The position numbers and the translations under genes are program-made. 64,000 bases of DNA from a candidate division WOR-3 bacterium (GTDB taxonomy: Bacteria > Hydrothermota > Tepidihabitantia > Tepidihabitantales > Tepidihabitantaceae). Below, one piece after another: positions 46,150 to 55,356 of this stretch; positions within the stretch are counted from its first letter, which is position 1; every line of letters starts with the position of its first letter. The DNA is taken from contig VGIR01000004.1 of the NCBI GenBank assembly GCA_016867815.1, positions 488 through 64,487 on the forward strand, written 5' to 3'. A model generated the notes under the pieces. It saw nothing but the letters and a program-made list of their open reading frames with translations, had not been told where the DNA came from and ran no database searches.

Positions 46150-47112
46150 ATGCAATCCAGTGCGGTGTGGAACAGTGGCAGACGCGGACTCCGCAGGAAG
46201 CACCTCGGGAGTTTCCGTGCACCAGAAGGCAGAGGAGGTAGTGTGGGACTGACAGAAACTGGATCCGAGCGCTTCCGGGCAGTACCGTTCCCAATCCAAA
46301 GGCGGCTCGTCGTCGACGCCGGGCGGCATGCGCGACGGATGAGCCTCGTCCACGGGTTGCTGGAGTTCGACATCACGCTGGTTCGGAGGCGTCTGCAGGC
46401 GGAGCGGGAGCGCACCGGCGAGCGGCCGTCGCTGACTGCCTACATGGCGGCATGCCTTGGCCGGGCCGTGGCTGCCGACCGCTCGGTGCAGGCATACCGG
46501 GACTGGCGGAATCGGCTGGTCATCTTTGATGATGTCGATATTGCCCTGATGGTTGAGATGCGCACCGCTGCCGGTTCGTTCCCCGTGGTTCACGTTGTGC
46601 GAGCGGCCGACAAGCGGAGTCTCCGCCAGATCGACGCGGAAATCCGCGAACTGCGCACCGGTCGGCAGGATCACATCGGGCTGGGGTACGGACGGGGCGC
46701 GAGGTTGTTCGCGCGACTGCCGCGGTTCGTGCGCGATCTCGTCTACCGCTACTACAAGGCCGAACCGTGTCGCTGGAAGCAACAGGGCGGCACCGTAGGT
46801 CTGACCGCCGTCGGGATGCTCGGGCAAGGTGGTGGCTGGGGCATTCACTGCTCCAACAGCAACCTGAGCGTCTGCACCGGTGGCATCACCGAGAGGCCGG
46901 TCTACATCGACAACGTCCTGACGAGACGCGAGTTCCTGTGCGTGACCGTGGCCTTCAATCACGACATCGTTGACGGCGGACCGGCGGCACGGTTCGTGAC
47001 CCTTTTCAGGCGGCTGGTTGAGACCGCGGCGCTGCTGAGTCCTGAGGCGGAGGCTCCGATTCATGACCGGGCCGCCAGGCACGAGTTGGCGGTCACGGTC
47101 CAATCGGCCTGA
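46150..47112 (+). CDS. 2-oxoacid dehydrogenase E2 catalytic-domain-like (CAT-fold) acyltransferase. No lipoyl or E1/E3-binding domain.
   Basis: A FNHDIVDGGPAARF catalytic H-x-x-x-D-G motif and the preceding ..RAVPFP..RR.VA.... block match E2 catalytic domains. The true start is probably internal. The antisense ORF 46108-47133 is rejected. Confidence 0.55.
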   Translation: MQSSAVWNSGRRGLRRKHLGSFRAPEGRGGSVGLTETGSERFRAVPFPIQRRLVVDAGRHARRMSLVHGLLEFDITLVRRRLQAERERTGERPSLTAYMAACLGRAVAADRSVQAYRDWRNRLVIFDDVDIALMVEMRTAAGSFPVVHVVRAADKRSLRQIDAEIRELRTGRQDHIGLGYGRGARLFARLPRFVRDLVYRYYKAEPCRWKQQGGTVGLTAVGMLGQGGGWGIHCSNSNLSVCTGGITERPVYIDNVLTRREFLCVTVAFNHDIVDGGPAARFVTLFRRLVETAALLSPEAEAPIHDRAARHELAVTVQSA

Positions 47113-47153
47113 CGGGGCAGCGGCGGCGGACACGGCCGGTGCGGTTCGACGGC

Positions 47154-47181
47154 TTGACAGTGTCCAGCCGAGTTATATAAT
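47154..47181 (+). promoter_or_regulatory. Sigma70-type promoter (TTGACA-N16-TATAAT) for the sigma54-activator gene.
   Basis: Perfect -35 and -10 hexamers ~40 nt upstream of the ATG at 47219. GAAGGGAGAG SD. Confidence 0.5.
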
Positions 47182-47218
47182 CCAGCGTGACTTGCCGCCG
47201 AATGCGAAGGGAGAGTAG

Positions 47219-48589
47219 ATGAGAGAGAGAGACAGCAGGGGTCTCCGGCCGCTGGTGTACGTGGTCGATGACGAACCGCTGGTGGCCAGAGCGCTGTCCG
47301 CTATGCTGCGACAGGCCGGCTGTGAGGCGACCGTGTTCGACACGGGCCCGGCCGCGCTGGCGGCGCTGAACCAGGTCCGGCCGCAGCTGGTGATGCTGGA
47401 CCTGGCCATGCCGGAGATGGATGGCATCGAGACGCTGCGCCGCATCCGCCTGGCCGCACCTGACCTGCCCGTGGTGATGGTGTCGGGCCATGGGACAATC
47501 CGCGCCGCGGTGGACGCACTTAGACTCGGCGCCTTCGACTTCCTGGAAAAGCCGGTTGACCAGGAACGGATGGAAGCTGCGCTTGCCCGGGCGCTGGAAT
47601 GCTCGCAGTTGCGGCGCCAGGTGAGCGTGCTGCGGGCGGAGCTCGGGGAGCGGTTCCGGATGGTCGGCAGCTCAGGGGCGCTGGACCAGGTGAAGGACCT
47701 CGTAGGCCGGGCCGCGCCGACCGCGGCTGGGGTGCTGATTACCGGCGAGACCGGCGTGGGCAAAGAGCTGGTGGCGCGGGCGATTCACCTGCAGAGCCCG
47801 CGGCAGGCTGAGCCGTTTGTGGCACTCAACTGCGCCGCGATTCCCAAGGAGTTGATTGAAAGCGAGTTGTTCGGGCACGAGCGGGGCGCGTTCACCGGCG
47901 CCGAGGCCGCGCGCAAAGGCAAGCTGCAGGAGGCCGACAAGGGCACGCTGTTCCTGGACGAGGTCGCCGACATGAGTCTCGCAGCGCAGGCCAAGTTGCT
48001 TCGTTTTCTCGAGCATCCTGAGGTCGAGAGGCTGGGCTCGAACGAAAAGCACCTGCTGGACGTGCGGGTACTTGCCGCCACCAACAAGAACCTCGCGGCG
48101 TCTATCAAGGACGGCTCTTTCCGCGAGGACCTTTTCCACCGCCTGAACGTTGTGAGTATCAAAGTCCCGGCGCTGCGCGAGCGCCCGGAAGACATTGAGC
48201 AGTTGACCGCGTTCTTCCTCGAACGGTTCTGCCGGCAGTACAACCGGGTGCTGGCTCTTGCCCCGGAATGCCCGGCCGTTCTGCGCGACTACCACTGGCC
48301 CGGAAACGTGCGCGAGCTGCGCAACCTGATGGAGCGGGTAGCCGTGCTGGCCAGGACTAACCCGGTCGAGCCGGACGAGCTGCTGGCGTTCATTGGTCTC
48401 GAGACTCAGGTGCGCCATGACGGAACACTGAAGGCTACCTTGGACCGGGCCGAGCGCGAGGCCGTAGAAGGGGCGCTGGCTGCCGAAGAAGGCGTTGTTA
48501 GCGCGGCAGCGCGGAGGCTCGGCGTGGAGCGCGCCAGCCTGTACCGGATCATGAAGCGGCACGGCATCGCTCACGAGACGGCCGACTGA
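47219..48589 (+). CDS. Sigma54-dependent Fis-family response regulator (REC, AAA+ sigma54-interaction and HTH domains), NtrC-like.
   Basis: Receiver D54-like (VMLDLAMPEMDG). GETGVGKE Walker A, ESELFGHERGAFTGA GAFTGA motif, arginine finger, C-terminal HTH. Confidence 0.85.
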   Translation: MRERDSRGLRPLVYVVDDEPLVARALSAMLRQAGCEATVFDTGPAALAALNQVRPQLVMLDLAMPEMDGIETLRRIRLAAPDLPVVMVSGHGTIRAAVDALRLGAFDFLEKPVDQERMEAALARALECSQLRRQVSVLRAELGERFRMVGSSGALDQVKDLVGRAAPTAAGVLITGETGVGKELVARAIHLQSPRQAEPFVALNCAAIPKELIESELFGHERGAFTGAEAARKGKLQEADKGTLFLDEVADMSLAAQAKLLRFLEHPEVERLGSNEKHLLDVRVLAATNKNLAASIKDGSFREDLFHRLNVVSIKVPALRERPEDIEQLTAFFLERFCRQYNRVLALAPECPAVLRDYHWPGNVRELRNLMERVAVLARTNPVEPDELLAFIGLETQVRHDGTLKATLDRAEREAVEGALAAEEGVVSAAARRLGVERASLYRIMKRHGIAHETAD

Positions 48590-48692
48590 GAAACCGGGCC
48601 GACGTGCCCGGCCGTCGCCTGCCTCCACCTGCGCCGATTGCGGCCCGGTCGACGGCGCGCTCTCTCGTGGCTTCCATATCGACTCAAGGGCT

Positions 48693-48780
48693 AGTCAATC
48701 CAGCTTGACGGCCTTGTGCGTGAGCTTGGCGCCCGTGCTCTTGATGCGGTAGAGGTGAGTGCCTTGTTCGACGCGGCGCG
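48693..48780 (-). pseudogene. Orphan 3' fragment encoding the last ~30-35 aa of a T9SS C-terminal sorting domain (...GRPVHAQLTRRVEQGTHLYRIKSTGAKLTHKAVKLD*). Remnant of a cargo gene.
   Basis: Translation of the minus strand ends in a typical CTD tail (G.Y.YRIK....K.V.L). It has no start or N-terminal domain, and it overlaps the 3' end of the ABC-2 permease in another frame. Confidence 0.35.
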
Positions 48781-49596
48781 TCAACTGGGCGTGGACGGGA
48801 CGTCCGCTCGGCGCGGGCCAGGGCGGCGGACCCGCATCCGGAGGAAGTAGACCACCAGCGCCGCGGCGAGGAAGGCGCCGCCGTAGAGCAGGCTGCCGAG
48901 CAAGGCCTGGCCGACGCCGTGGTGGGTGAACGCCGCGGTCATGCTCAACTGCGACGGGTAGAAGGCGGGCAGCCGGCGGATGATGACCTGGTTTTGCGCG
49001 CCCGCGTAGTAGACCGGGTTCTGGAGCCAGGCCGCGTCGATGTTGGCCAAGAGGGCGATGAAGAGCACTCCTTCGAGCTCGCGGCGGAAGATGGCGCCGA
49101 TGAGGAGGCCGTAGCAGCCGTAGACGAACCCGGCCAGGGCAAAGCCGGCGATGACGAGGACGAGCCGTTCGGGCTCGAAGAAGAGCGGCAGGAGCTCGGC
49201 AACGAAGGCGCCGATGATGATGGTAACAATGAGGAGCACGGCGAGCTTGGCCGCGATGAGCTCAAGCGGGCGATAGCCGCAGAGGACGAGCCGACGGTTG
49301 GTCTCGACGTTCTTCTGGACAAGGCCGAGCGCGAGGAACGCGGTGAGCAGGCCGACCGCGGCGGTACCGATGAAGATGAGGTTGGTGCTGCGCTCGCTGA
49401 CCTGAACGAACGGGTTGCCCGGGATGGAGGCGAGCTTGAACGCGATCTTGGTGGTCCTGGTGGTCAGGACGACCAGTGTGTCGAAGAGCGCCGGGATGAT
49501 GAAGAGCATCAAGAGGGCGACGCGGTTGCGGGCGAGCTCCTGTCCGGTAAGCGCGAGCGCGGTACCGAAGCGGCGGGCAGAGGAGCCGCGCTTCAT
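48781..49596 (-). CDS. ABC-2 type transporter permease.
   Basis: Six predicted TM helices. Start overlaps the ATPase stop (4 nt). Confidence 0.75.
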   Translation of the reverse strand: MKRGSSARRFGTALALTGQELARNRVALLMLFIIPALFDTLVVLTTRTTKIAFKLASIPGNPFVQVSERSTNLIFIGTAAVGLLTAFLALGLVQKNVETNRRLVLCGYRPLELIAAKLAVLLIVTIIIGAFVAELLPLFFEPERLVLVIAGFALAGFVYGCYGLLIGAIFRRELEGVLFIALLANIDAAWLQNPVYYAGAQNQVIIRRLPAFYPSQLSMTAAFTHHGVGQALLGSLLYGGAFLAAALVVYFLRMRVRRPGPRRADVPSTPS

Positions 49597-50231
49597 CTCG
49601 TGGCCTCCGGTTCGAGTCGACCGGCGACGATACGGTAGAGCGAGTCGAACCGGGCGCGGTCCTGGACGAAGTGCGACACCACGAGCACGGCCCGCTTTCT
49701 CTCCCGCAGTTCGGCGGTGAGTTCCCAGAAGTGGAGGTAGGTCTCCCAGTCGAAGCCGGAGTAGGGCTCGTCGAGGACGAGGATGTCGGGGTCATGTAGG
49801 TAGGCGATGGCGAGGTTCAGTTTCTGGCGGGTGCCGCCGCTCAAGTGGTTGACCATGGTGTCGGCGTAGCGCTCGAACTTGAGCTGGCCGAGCAAGACCT
49901 GCATGCGCTTTGGCCAGTCGGCGCGGCCGTAGGCAGCGGCGAAGTAGCGGAAGTTCTCGCGCACGGTGAGCGTTTCGAAGACGAGCATCTCCTGCGGGCA
50001 ATGGCCGACGCGGCCGGACATGACGACCGTGCCGGCGTCGGGCCTGAGGCGGCCGACAATGATGTTGAGGAGGGTGCTCTTGCCCGAGCCGTTCTCGCCG
50101 GTGACGCCGGCTATTTCGCCGGGAGCGAGGCTGAGGCTCGCGTCCAAAAGAACGCGGTTGCGTCCGAACGACTTGGCCACGTTCCGGGCGAAGAGGAGCG
50201 GCCGCGTCGCCGGGTCAGTCGAAGAGGGCAT
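49593..50231 (-). CDS. ABC transporter ATP-binding protein.
   Basis: Walker A GENGSGKST, signature LSGGTRQK, Walker B ILVLDEP. Confidence 0.85.
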   Translation of the reverse strand: MPSSTDPATRPLLFARNVAKSFGRNRVLLDASLSLAPGEIAGVTGENGSGKSTLLNIIVGRLRPDAGTVVMSGRVGHCPQEMLVFETLTVRENFRYFAAAYGRADWPKRMQVLLGQLKFERYADTMVNHLSGGTRQKLNLAIAYLHDPDILVLDEPYSGFDWETYLHFWELTAELRERKRAVLVVSHFVQDRARFDSLYRIVAGRLEPEATR

Positions 50232-51114
50232 ATTCGTCTAACAGCGGCACTTCGGTGCGGAGCGTGGTCCCTGAGTGTTCGATGCGGGCTACGGCGCGGC
50301 CGGTGAACTTGACCCCGCGCGGGTTGCGGGTGATGCGGCGCAGAAGCGGCCCGGAGATAAACTCGGACTCGACCGCGGCGCTTTCGTGGACGACATCGAG
50401 TTCCACGCCGAGGCCGGGCCCGGTTGCGTTCAGGCGATAGCGGGAGGGGCACGCGATGCCGAGTTCCGGCGAAGGCCGCCACTCGGACGGCTCGACCTTA
50501 ACATCAGTCGCGACGATCACGCGCTCGCCGATCCGGAGGACAAGTCGCGGCCAGGCGCCGGCGGGACCGGATGCAACGGTGTAGGTCAGATCGCAGTAGG
50601 AATCATGGGCGCGGCCCCAGAAGAGCGTGCGGACAGGGACGGACGGCGGGAGTACGGTCGAGCGGAGATAGTCGTCGTAGCCCCGCACGTTCGAGGCGAC
50701 AATCGTCCTGCCCCGGAGTTGAACCTCACCCTGGACCATGGCGCCGAGCATTACCGGTTGCCAGAGCACAGTGCCGCGGCGCGCGGCAATCGCGAGGCCG
50801 GGGTCGGTCAGCGGCCGGGCCGTGTACTCAAGCCGGACTGAGGCGTCGGGCAGGTTGACGGCGACGGATGCGGCGGCCGGGCTGAACGTGAGCCGGCCGG
50901 CGGGGAAGTCGATGGTGGGAGTAGCGCCGCCGCTGACCTCTGCCGGCAGGCGGCCGGACCACTTCACCGGCTCATCGGTCCCGGCGCGGCGGAGGTGGAG
51001 CGCGAGTTCGGATGTGCGGGTGCCGAGGAATGCGACCTGGGCAAAGTAGCCGAAGAAGTAGTCGCCGGCTTCGGTCAGGAAGTCGAAGTACCACTTCTCC
51101 AACTGGTAGAGCAT
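50215..51114 (-). CDS. Hypothetical protein (~300 aa, soluble beta-rich; family unassigned, possibly a lipocalin/CrtC-like fold). Start at the internal MLYQLEKWYFDF.
   Basis: ATGA overlap with the upstream radical-SAM gene's stop. 17-nt overlap with the downstream ABC ATPase start. Confidence 0.5.
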   Translation of the reverse strand: MLYQLEKWYFDFLTEAGDYFFGYFAQVAFLGTRTSELALHLRRAGTDEPVKWSGRLPAEVSGGATPTIDFPAGRLTFSPAAASVAVNLPDASVRLEYTARPLTDPGLAIAARRGTVLWQPVMLGAMVQGEVQLRGRTIVASNVRGYDDYLRSTVLPPSVPVRTLFWGRAHDSYCDLTYTVASGPAGAWPRLVLRIGERVIVATDVKVEPSEWRPSPELGIACPSRYRLNATGPGLGVELDVVHESAAVESEFISGPLLRRITRNPRGVKFTGRAVARIEHSGTTLRTEVPLLDEYALFD

Positions 51115-52283
51115 CAGAAGAACGAGGGGGCCCGGTCGGTCAGTTCGCTTCCCCGGTAAGGGCCGGGATGCGGGCCGAGACACCGGCTGTCGCGGCGCGC
51201 GTAGGTGCCGTAGAGTGCCATGTTGCCGGCGCGGCAGCCGCCGGCGCAGGCCGACTTGTACGCGCAGGGCTCGCACTCTTCAGGCGTGCTCTTGAACTCG
51301 ACGAGGGCCGGGTTGGAGAAGCGACCGTGGTAGATGGTCCAGATGTCTTGCTCGGCAATGTTGCCGAGCGGGATGTCAACGATGAACGGGCAGGGCTGGA
51401 CCGATCCGTCGACCTTCACGGTCAGGACGAAGTTGCCGCCGGAGCAGGCGTTGCCGGTCAGCTCGTAGAAGCGGCGGACGAAGCGGGCGTGGTCCGGGTT
51501 CTCTTCGAGCAGTGCCCAGTGCTTGACGTCGGCCCAGGTTCGGGCCGGCACCTGGAGCGGGTCGTCTTTCATCTGCGGTGTGTATTGGTAGAAGATGGCG
51601 TGGGCGTCGAGCGCGCCACGGGCAAAGCGGTCGATCTGGCGGCAGTGCGCGGCGTTCAGGCTGTGGACCGCGCTGAAGGTGTAGACCCGGATGCCGGCGG
51701 CGCGCAGGTTGCGGATGCCCGCGACGGTGCGCGCATGGGAGCCAGGGCTGCCGGTGAACTCGTCGTGGGTCGCCGGGTCGTGGGAGATGAGTGAAACGAT
51801 GCCGGCGTCGAGCCCGGCCGCAGCGAGCTCGCGGCAGAGCGCAGGTTCGGCGGTCGTGCCGTTGGTATAGAGCGTCACGAACGGCGAGCGGGCCCGATGC
51901 TTGGCCGCGCGCACGATTTCCGCGATGCCGGGCATGAGCAGCGGCTCGCCGCCGAGCAGTTCGACCCTGACCCCGCACCCGCTGATGTCGTCGAGCAGGC
52001 GGTCTACCTGGTCGCGAGGCAGCTCCTTCTTCCCGGCCGGCACGTAGCACATGCGGCAGGAGAGGTTGCAGTAGTTGTTCAGTTCGACCTTGAGCGAGTA
52101 GAGGTAGGCGCCGACCAGTCGCCGGGCGGAGCGGGCGTAGAGCTGGGCAGCGGGCGGTGTCGTGGGCAGGCTGCCGAAGAGGTCGAGCAGGCGGAACTGG
52201 ACCCGGGTGATGGTGCGGTTCTTCTGCCGGCACCAGCGGTCGAGCGGCGCGTTCGTCGTGATGGGGCGGCCGTAGTCGAGCAT
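51114..52283 (-). CDS. Radical SAM enzyme with a C-terminal SPASM domain.
   Basis: CNLSCRMCY (CxxxCxxC). C-terminal CEPCAYKSACAGGCRAGN...C cluster typical of SPASM/twitch auxiliary Fe-S domains. Start at the internal MLDYGRP, 2 nt after the upstream stop. Confidence 0.8.
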   Translation of the reverse strand: MLDYGRPITTNAPLDRWCRQKNRTITRVQFRLLDLFGSLPTTPPAAQLYARSARRLVGAYLYSLKVELNNYCNLSCRMCYVPAGKKELPRDQVDRLLDDISGCGVRVELLGGEPLLMPGIAEIVRAAKHRARSPFVTLYTNGTTAEPALCRELAAAGLDAGIVSLISHDPATHDEFTGSPGSHARTVAGIRNLRAAGIRVYTFSAVHSLNAAHCRQIDRFARGALDAHAIFYQYTPQMKDDPLQVPARTWADVKHWALLEENPDHARFVRRFYELTGNACSGGNFVLTVKVDGSVQPCPFIVDIPLGNIAEQDIWTIYHGRFSNPALVEFKSTPEECEPCAYKSACAGGCRAGNMALYGTYARRDSRCLGPHPGPYRGSELTDRAPSFF

Positions 52284-52285
52284 GT

Positions 52286-53971
52286 TCAGCGCGTATTGGG
52301 TTCGATACCCAGTTCGTTGCGCATGATCGCGACGATGAAGTCCTGCCACTTCAGCACGCTCTCGGAAGGGAAGGTGAGCTGATAGAGCCGGCCGGCTGCG
52401 GCGTCGTAGAGCTGGAGCTTGCGGTTACTTTCGGTCGTGACCGAGCGGACCGCTGCGAGGTCGATTATGCGCGCACCGTTCGTTCCCTGGATGCCGAGGG
52501 AGCGGCGGCCGAGGGTCAGCCAGCCGGTGAGCACGGACTTGAGTTCGGTGCCGGTCTCTTCCCAGAGCTCGGCTGAGTCGGCGGCAGCGATGAGTCCTTC
52601 AGGGCCGGCAAGGTCGGCGGCCCTAATGCGAATCCGGTCGTAGACCGCGGCCAGCGGCATATCAAATGCCGCGTCGGCTTCAGACCAGCCGATAGAGTAC
52701 TCCGGGCTGATGGTGAAGGAGCGGCCGCAGTCAGGGCAGTTCAAACCGGCCGGCCCGGAGAGAGCGAGCGGACGGAAACTGCGGCAGGACGGGCAGCGGT
52801 ATACAATCTTGGTGAGTCCTGAGTTCAGTCTCCGGCTCAGGCAGCGGCGGCCCGAGTCGTCGGGCTCGATGAGCGAGCGGAGATGTCGCTCGAGCGCCCC
52901 GGTGTCGGCTCCGGGGCGCACCTTCACCGGCGCGCCGATTGCGAGTTCGACACGCGCGCGGCGCAGGTTCGATCCCCAGCGCGGCCAGGCGAGGTAGTTG
53001 CCCGAGATCCGTACCGGCACGATCGGTACATCCGGAAAATGGACGAAGAGGTTGAGCACCTCGGGCTTCCACGCCTGGGTAAGGCCGCTCCACGACCGCT
53101 CGCCTTCGGGGAAGACGCCGACGACTGCTGCTCCTTTCAGGCGCGCGGCAATCGCGCGAGCGGCGCTCACATCGTTCAGGTAGCGTTTCTTCGGAATGCA
53201 GAGGAACCTGCGAAATAGCGCGCCGAGCCGGGGACTGCGGAACATCTCGTACGTGGTGATGAAGTGGACCGGGAACCCGGCGCCGGCGCCGATGAAGGAA
53301 GGGTCGAGGTAGTTCCGGTGGGCCGCGATGATGAAGAACGGCGGCGCAAGCGGCAGGTTCTCCTTCCCGCGAATGCGGAGGTCGAACAGCACCCAGCAGA
53401 CCAGCCGAAAGAACGGGAGCAGGATGAACCCGAGGCGCGGGACGAGGAGCGGCGTGCGCCGGCAGTAGTTGCGCCAGGCGGTCCCGAAGCGGCGGTCGAG
53501 CGCGCGCTCTTCGAGGGCGATGTAGCCGGCCTCGGCCGCGACAAAGGCAGGCAGGACGATCAAGAGCAGGGACAGCGAGCGTACCAGCAGGCCGACGCCG
53601 ACGAAGAAGAGGGTGAAGAAGAGGTAGATCGGGTGGCGCCAGACCGCGTAGAGCCCGGCCTGGATGAGCCGGTCGGGCGGGAGGGCCGAGACCGGCATCG
53701 CCCGGCCGAAGTGCCGGAACTGGACGATCGAGGTGCCGAGCATCAGACCCGAGCTGACGACGATGAGTCCGCCTACGACGGTCCAGAACCATGTGAAGGC
53801 GATGTGCCAGCCCAATCGTCGGTCGAGAAAGAGCGCGCTTGCCAAGAGCAGCGCGGGCAGCACGAGCCAGAAAAGGACGATGTAGACGGCGAGCAGCAGG
53901 CCCCGGCGGATGCTACATCTCCCCGAGGTGAGAGTAGACGGTCGTCCGGAGCGGTTCGTCGACAGCAGCAC
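52286..53971 (-). CDS. Fusion protein with an N-terminal PEMT/ICMT-family membrane SAM-dependent lipid methyltransferase, a PlsC-type (lysophospholipid) acyltransferase domain, and a C-terminal Cys-containing domain.
   Basis: RHPIYLFF...EE.AL...FG..WRNYCRRTP matches the ICMT/PEMT motifs. AAHRNYLD (HxxxxD) and FPEGERS match LPLAT/PlsC motifs. About 5 TM helices. The 5' end overlaps the upstream rSAM by ~59 nt, so the start may be a non-ATG codon further in. Confidence 0.7.
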   Translation of the reverse strand: MLLSTNRSGRPSTLTSGRCSIRRGLLLAVYIVLFWLVLPALLLASALFLDRRLGWHIAFTWFWTVVGGLIVVSSGLMLGTSIVQFRHFGRAMPVSALPPDRLIQAGLYAVWRHPIYLFFTLFFVGVGLLVRSLSLLLIVLPAFVAAEAGYIALEERALDRRFGTAWRNYCRRTPLLVPRLGFILLPFFRLVCWVLFDLRIRGKENLPLAPPFFIIAAHRNYLDPSFIGAGAGFPVHFITTYEMFRSPRLGALFRRFLCIPKKRYLNDVSAARAIAARLKGAAVVGVFPEGERSWSGLTQAWKPEVLNLFVHFPDVPIVPVRISGNYLAWPRWGSNLRRARVELAIGAPVKVRPGADTGALERHLRSLIEPDDSGRRCLSRRLNSGLTKIVYRCPSCRSFRPLALSGPAGLNCPDCGRSFTISPEYSIGWSEADAAFDMPLAAVYDRIRIRAADLAGPEGLIAAADSAELWEETGTELKSVLTGWLTLGRRSLGIQGTNGARIIDLAAVRSVTTESNRKLQLYDAAAGRLYQLTFPSESVLKWQDFIVAIMRNELGIEPNTR

Positions 53972-55097
53972 TGCCGGCGCCCGGCAACGGGCTGATACGG
54001 TCGGCCACGCACACCGGGGTCAGGCGGCCGTTGCGGATGGTGGCGTCCGGGCAGTGGTAGCACATCTGAACCGCGTTCCTTTCGGCATTGAACGTCGGCG
54101 GCTCCTGCAGAACGATGTAGTGGAGCCGGATGTCCCCGGCGCCGCGGCTGTCGCGCATCAGGGCGATGAAGCGGCCGACCCGGCCGGGATGGAGCAGCAG
54201 TTCGAGGAGAATCGAACCGTAGAAGGAGAACGAGACCCTTTCCGGCCGGGTGGTCATCCCGAACGCGTAGCGGCCGTTGATGACGCGGAACGCCCACCGG
54301 AGCAGCCGGTTGAGCTGGGGCGAGAGTCCGAACGTTTCGCCGGTGCGGGCGTTGATGTTGTAGAAGTAGATGAGCCAGCTCACGTCGTCATCGCTGAGGC
54401 TGGTCGGCAGGTAGGTGACCGGCTCTACCTTGAGGTCTTGTGCGATGGTGCGGTACTCGGTCAGCATCTCAGAGCCGAAGCCGTGGCCATGGGTGGGGCT
54501 GCGACCCGCGTCGCGCGGAAGCGTCACGAGCACACCGTCAAAGAAGCGGAAGCGCGACCAGCGGCGCATCACCTGAGAAATGGTGCCGCTCGACTCGGGG
54601 TAGACCGTGACCGCGAGAGCGGCCCAGAGCCGGCGCGACTCGGCCATGCCGAGCAGCCGCTCGCAGTCGGCATCGGGATCGGGGCGGACATGCGTTTGAC
54701 CGCAGTCAACGTGGAACGCGATGCGGTCCAGCCCGGCGGTGACGAGCGCGTCCAAGTACTCGTCCCCGTCCGGTTCGAGCAGACGAAGCCCGTTGGTCAG
54801 CATTTCGCAGTAGAGGTTTTGCCTCCTGATGTAGCGGATGATCTGGGGCAGGTCGGGGTGGAGCGTGGGCTCGCCACCGAGGATGCTGATGGTCTCCAAT
54901 CGGCGCTTGGACAGCCCGAGGTCGATCTCGGCGCGGATCTGGTCGAGCGTCTTGTCCGGGGCGCGGAAGCGATTGTAGCAGGCGCGGCAGCCGAGATTGC
55001 AGCGCAGCGTGGGCTCGAGCACGAGGTGCGGTATTTCGCCAAGCGGCAGCTTCATCGGCCTGATGCCGTTGCCGGGCCGCATCTGCCTGACGTTCAC
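53913..55097 (-). CDS. Radical SAM enzyme (second) with a partial C-terminal Cys motif (CYHCPD...C).
   Basis: CNLGCRACY CxxxCxxC near the N-terminus. The true start is probably the internal ATG (MRPGNG.. or MKLPLG..). Confidence 0.75.
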   Translation of the reverse strand: MNVRQMRPGNGIRPMKLPLGEIPHLVLEPTLRCNLGCRACYNRFRAPDKTLDQIRAEIDLGLSKRRLETISILGGEPTLHPDLPQIIRYIRRQNLYCEMLTNGLRLLEPDGDEYLDALVTAGLDRIAFHVDCGQTHVRPDPDADCERLLGMAESRRLWAALAVTVYPESSGTISQVMRRWSRFRFFDGVLVTLPRDAGRSPTHGHGFGSEMLTEYRTIAQDLKVEPVTYLPTSLSDDDVSWLIYFYNINARTGETFGLSPQLNRLLRWAFRVINGRYAFGMTTRPERVSFSFYGSILLELLLHPGRVGRFIALMRDSRGAGDIRLHYIVLQEPPTFNAERNAVQMCYHCPDATIRNGRLTPVCVADRISPLPGAGSAAVDEPLRTTVYSHLGEM

Positions 55098-55330
55098 TCT
55101 GGCTTCCTCGCGCCCAGAGAGTAGTGATCCGGCCGGTGGGAGTCAAGCAATGGAGCGGGCCCAAGCGACCGACTCTTGCGCCTCCAGAGCATGACGGGTG
55201 TTCTGCAGCTTGAATGCCAGGCAGTGAGACATACAAGTTGCGTCACCAATGAAGAGCGAGGTCCGGGACTTGTCTCTCAATGGTGACGTTGAGTCGCTGT
55301 TCGGACACATCCCGGCGGCGTCCGGGCGGC

Positions 55331-55356
55331 TGGAACCGGAAGGGCGGGACGCGAAT
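55331..55356 (-). terminator. GC-rich hairpin (GGGCGGG...CCCGCCC) just downstream of the giant-gene stop on the minus strand.
   Basis: 7-bp GC stem with a ~12-nt loop. No U-tract. Confidence 0.3.

Noticed and set aside
46108-47133. Minus-strand ORF (341 aa) overlapping the E2-like acyltransferase gene.
   Set aside because: The plus-strand frame carries a recognisable CAT-fold catalytic motif (NHDIVDG). The antisense ORF is featureless and typical of GC-rich shadow frames.
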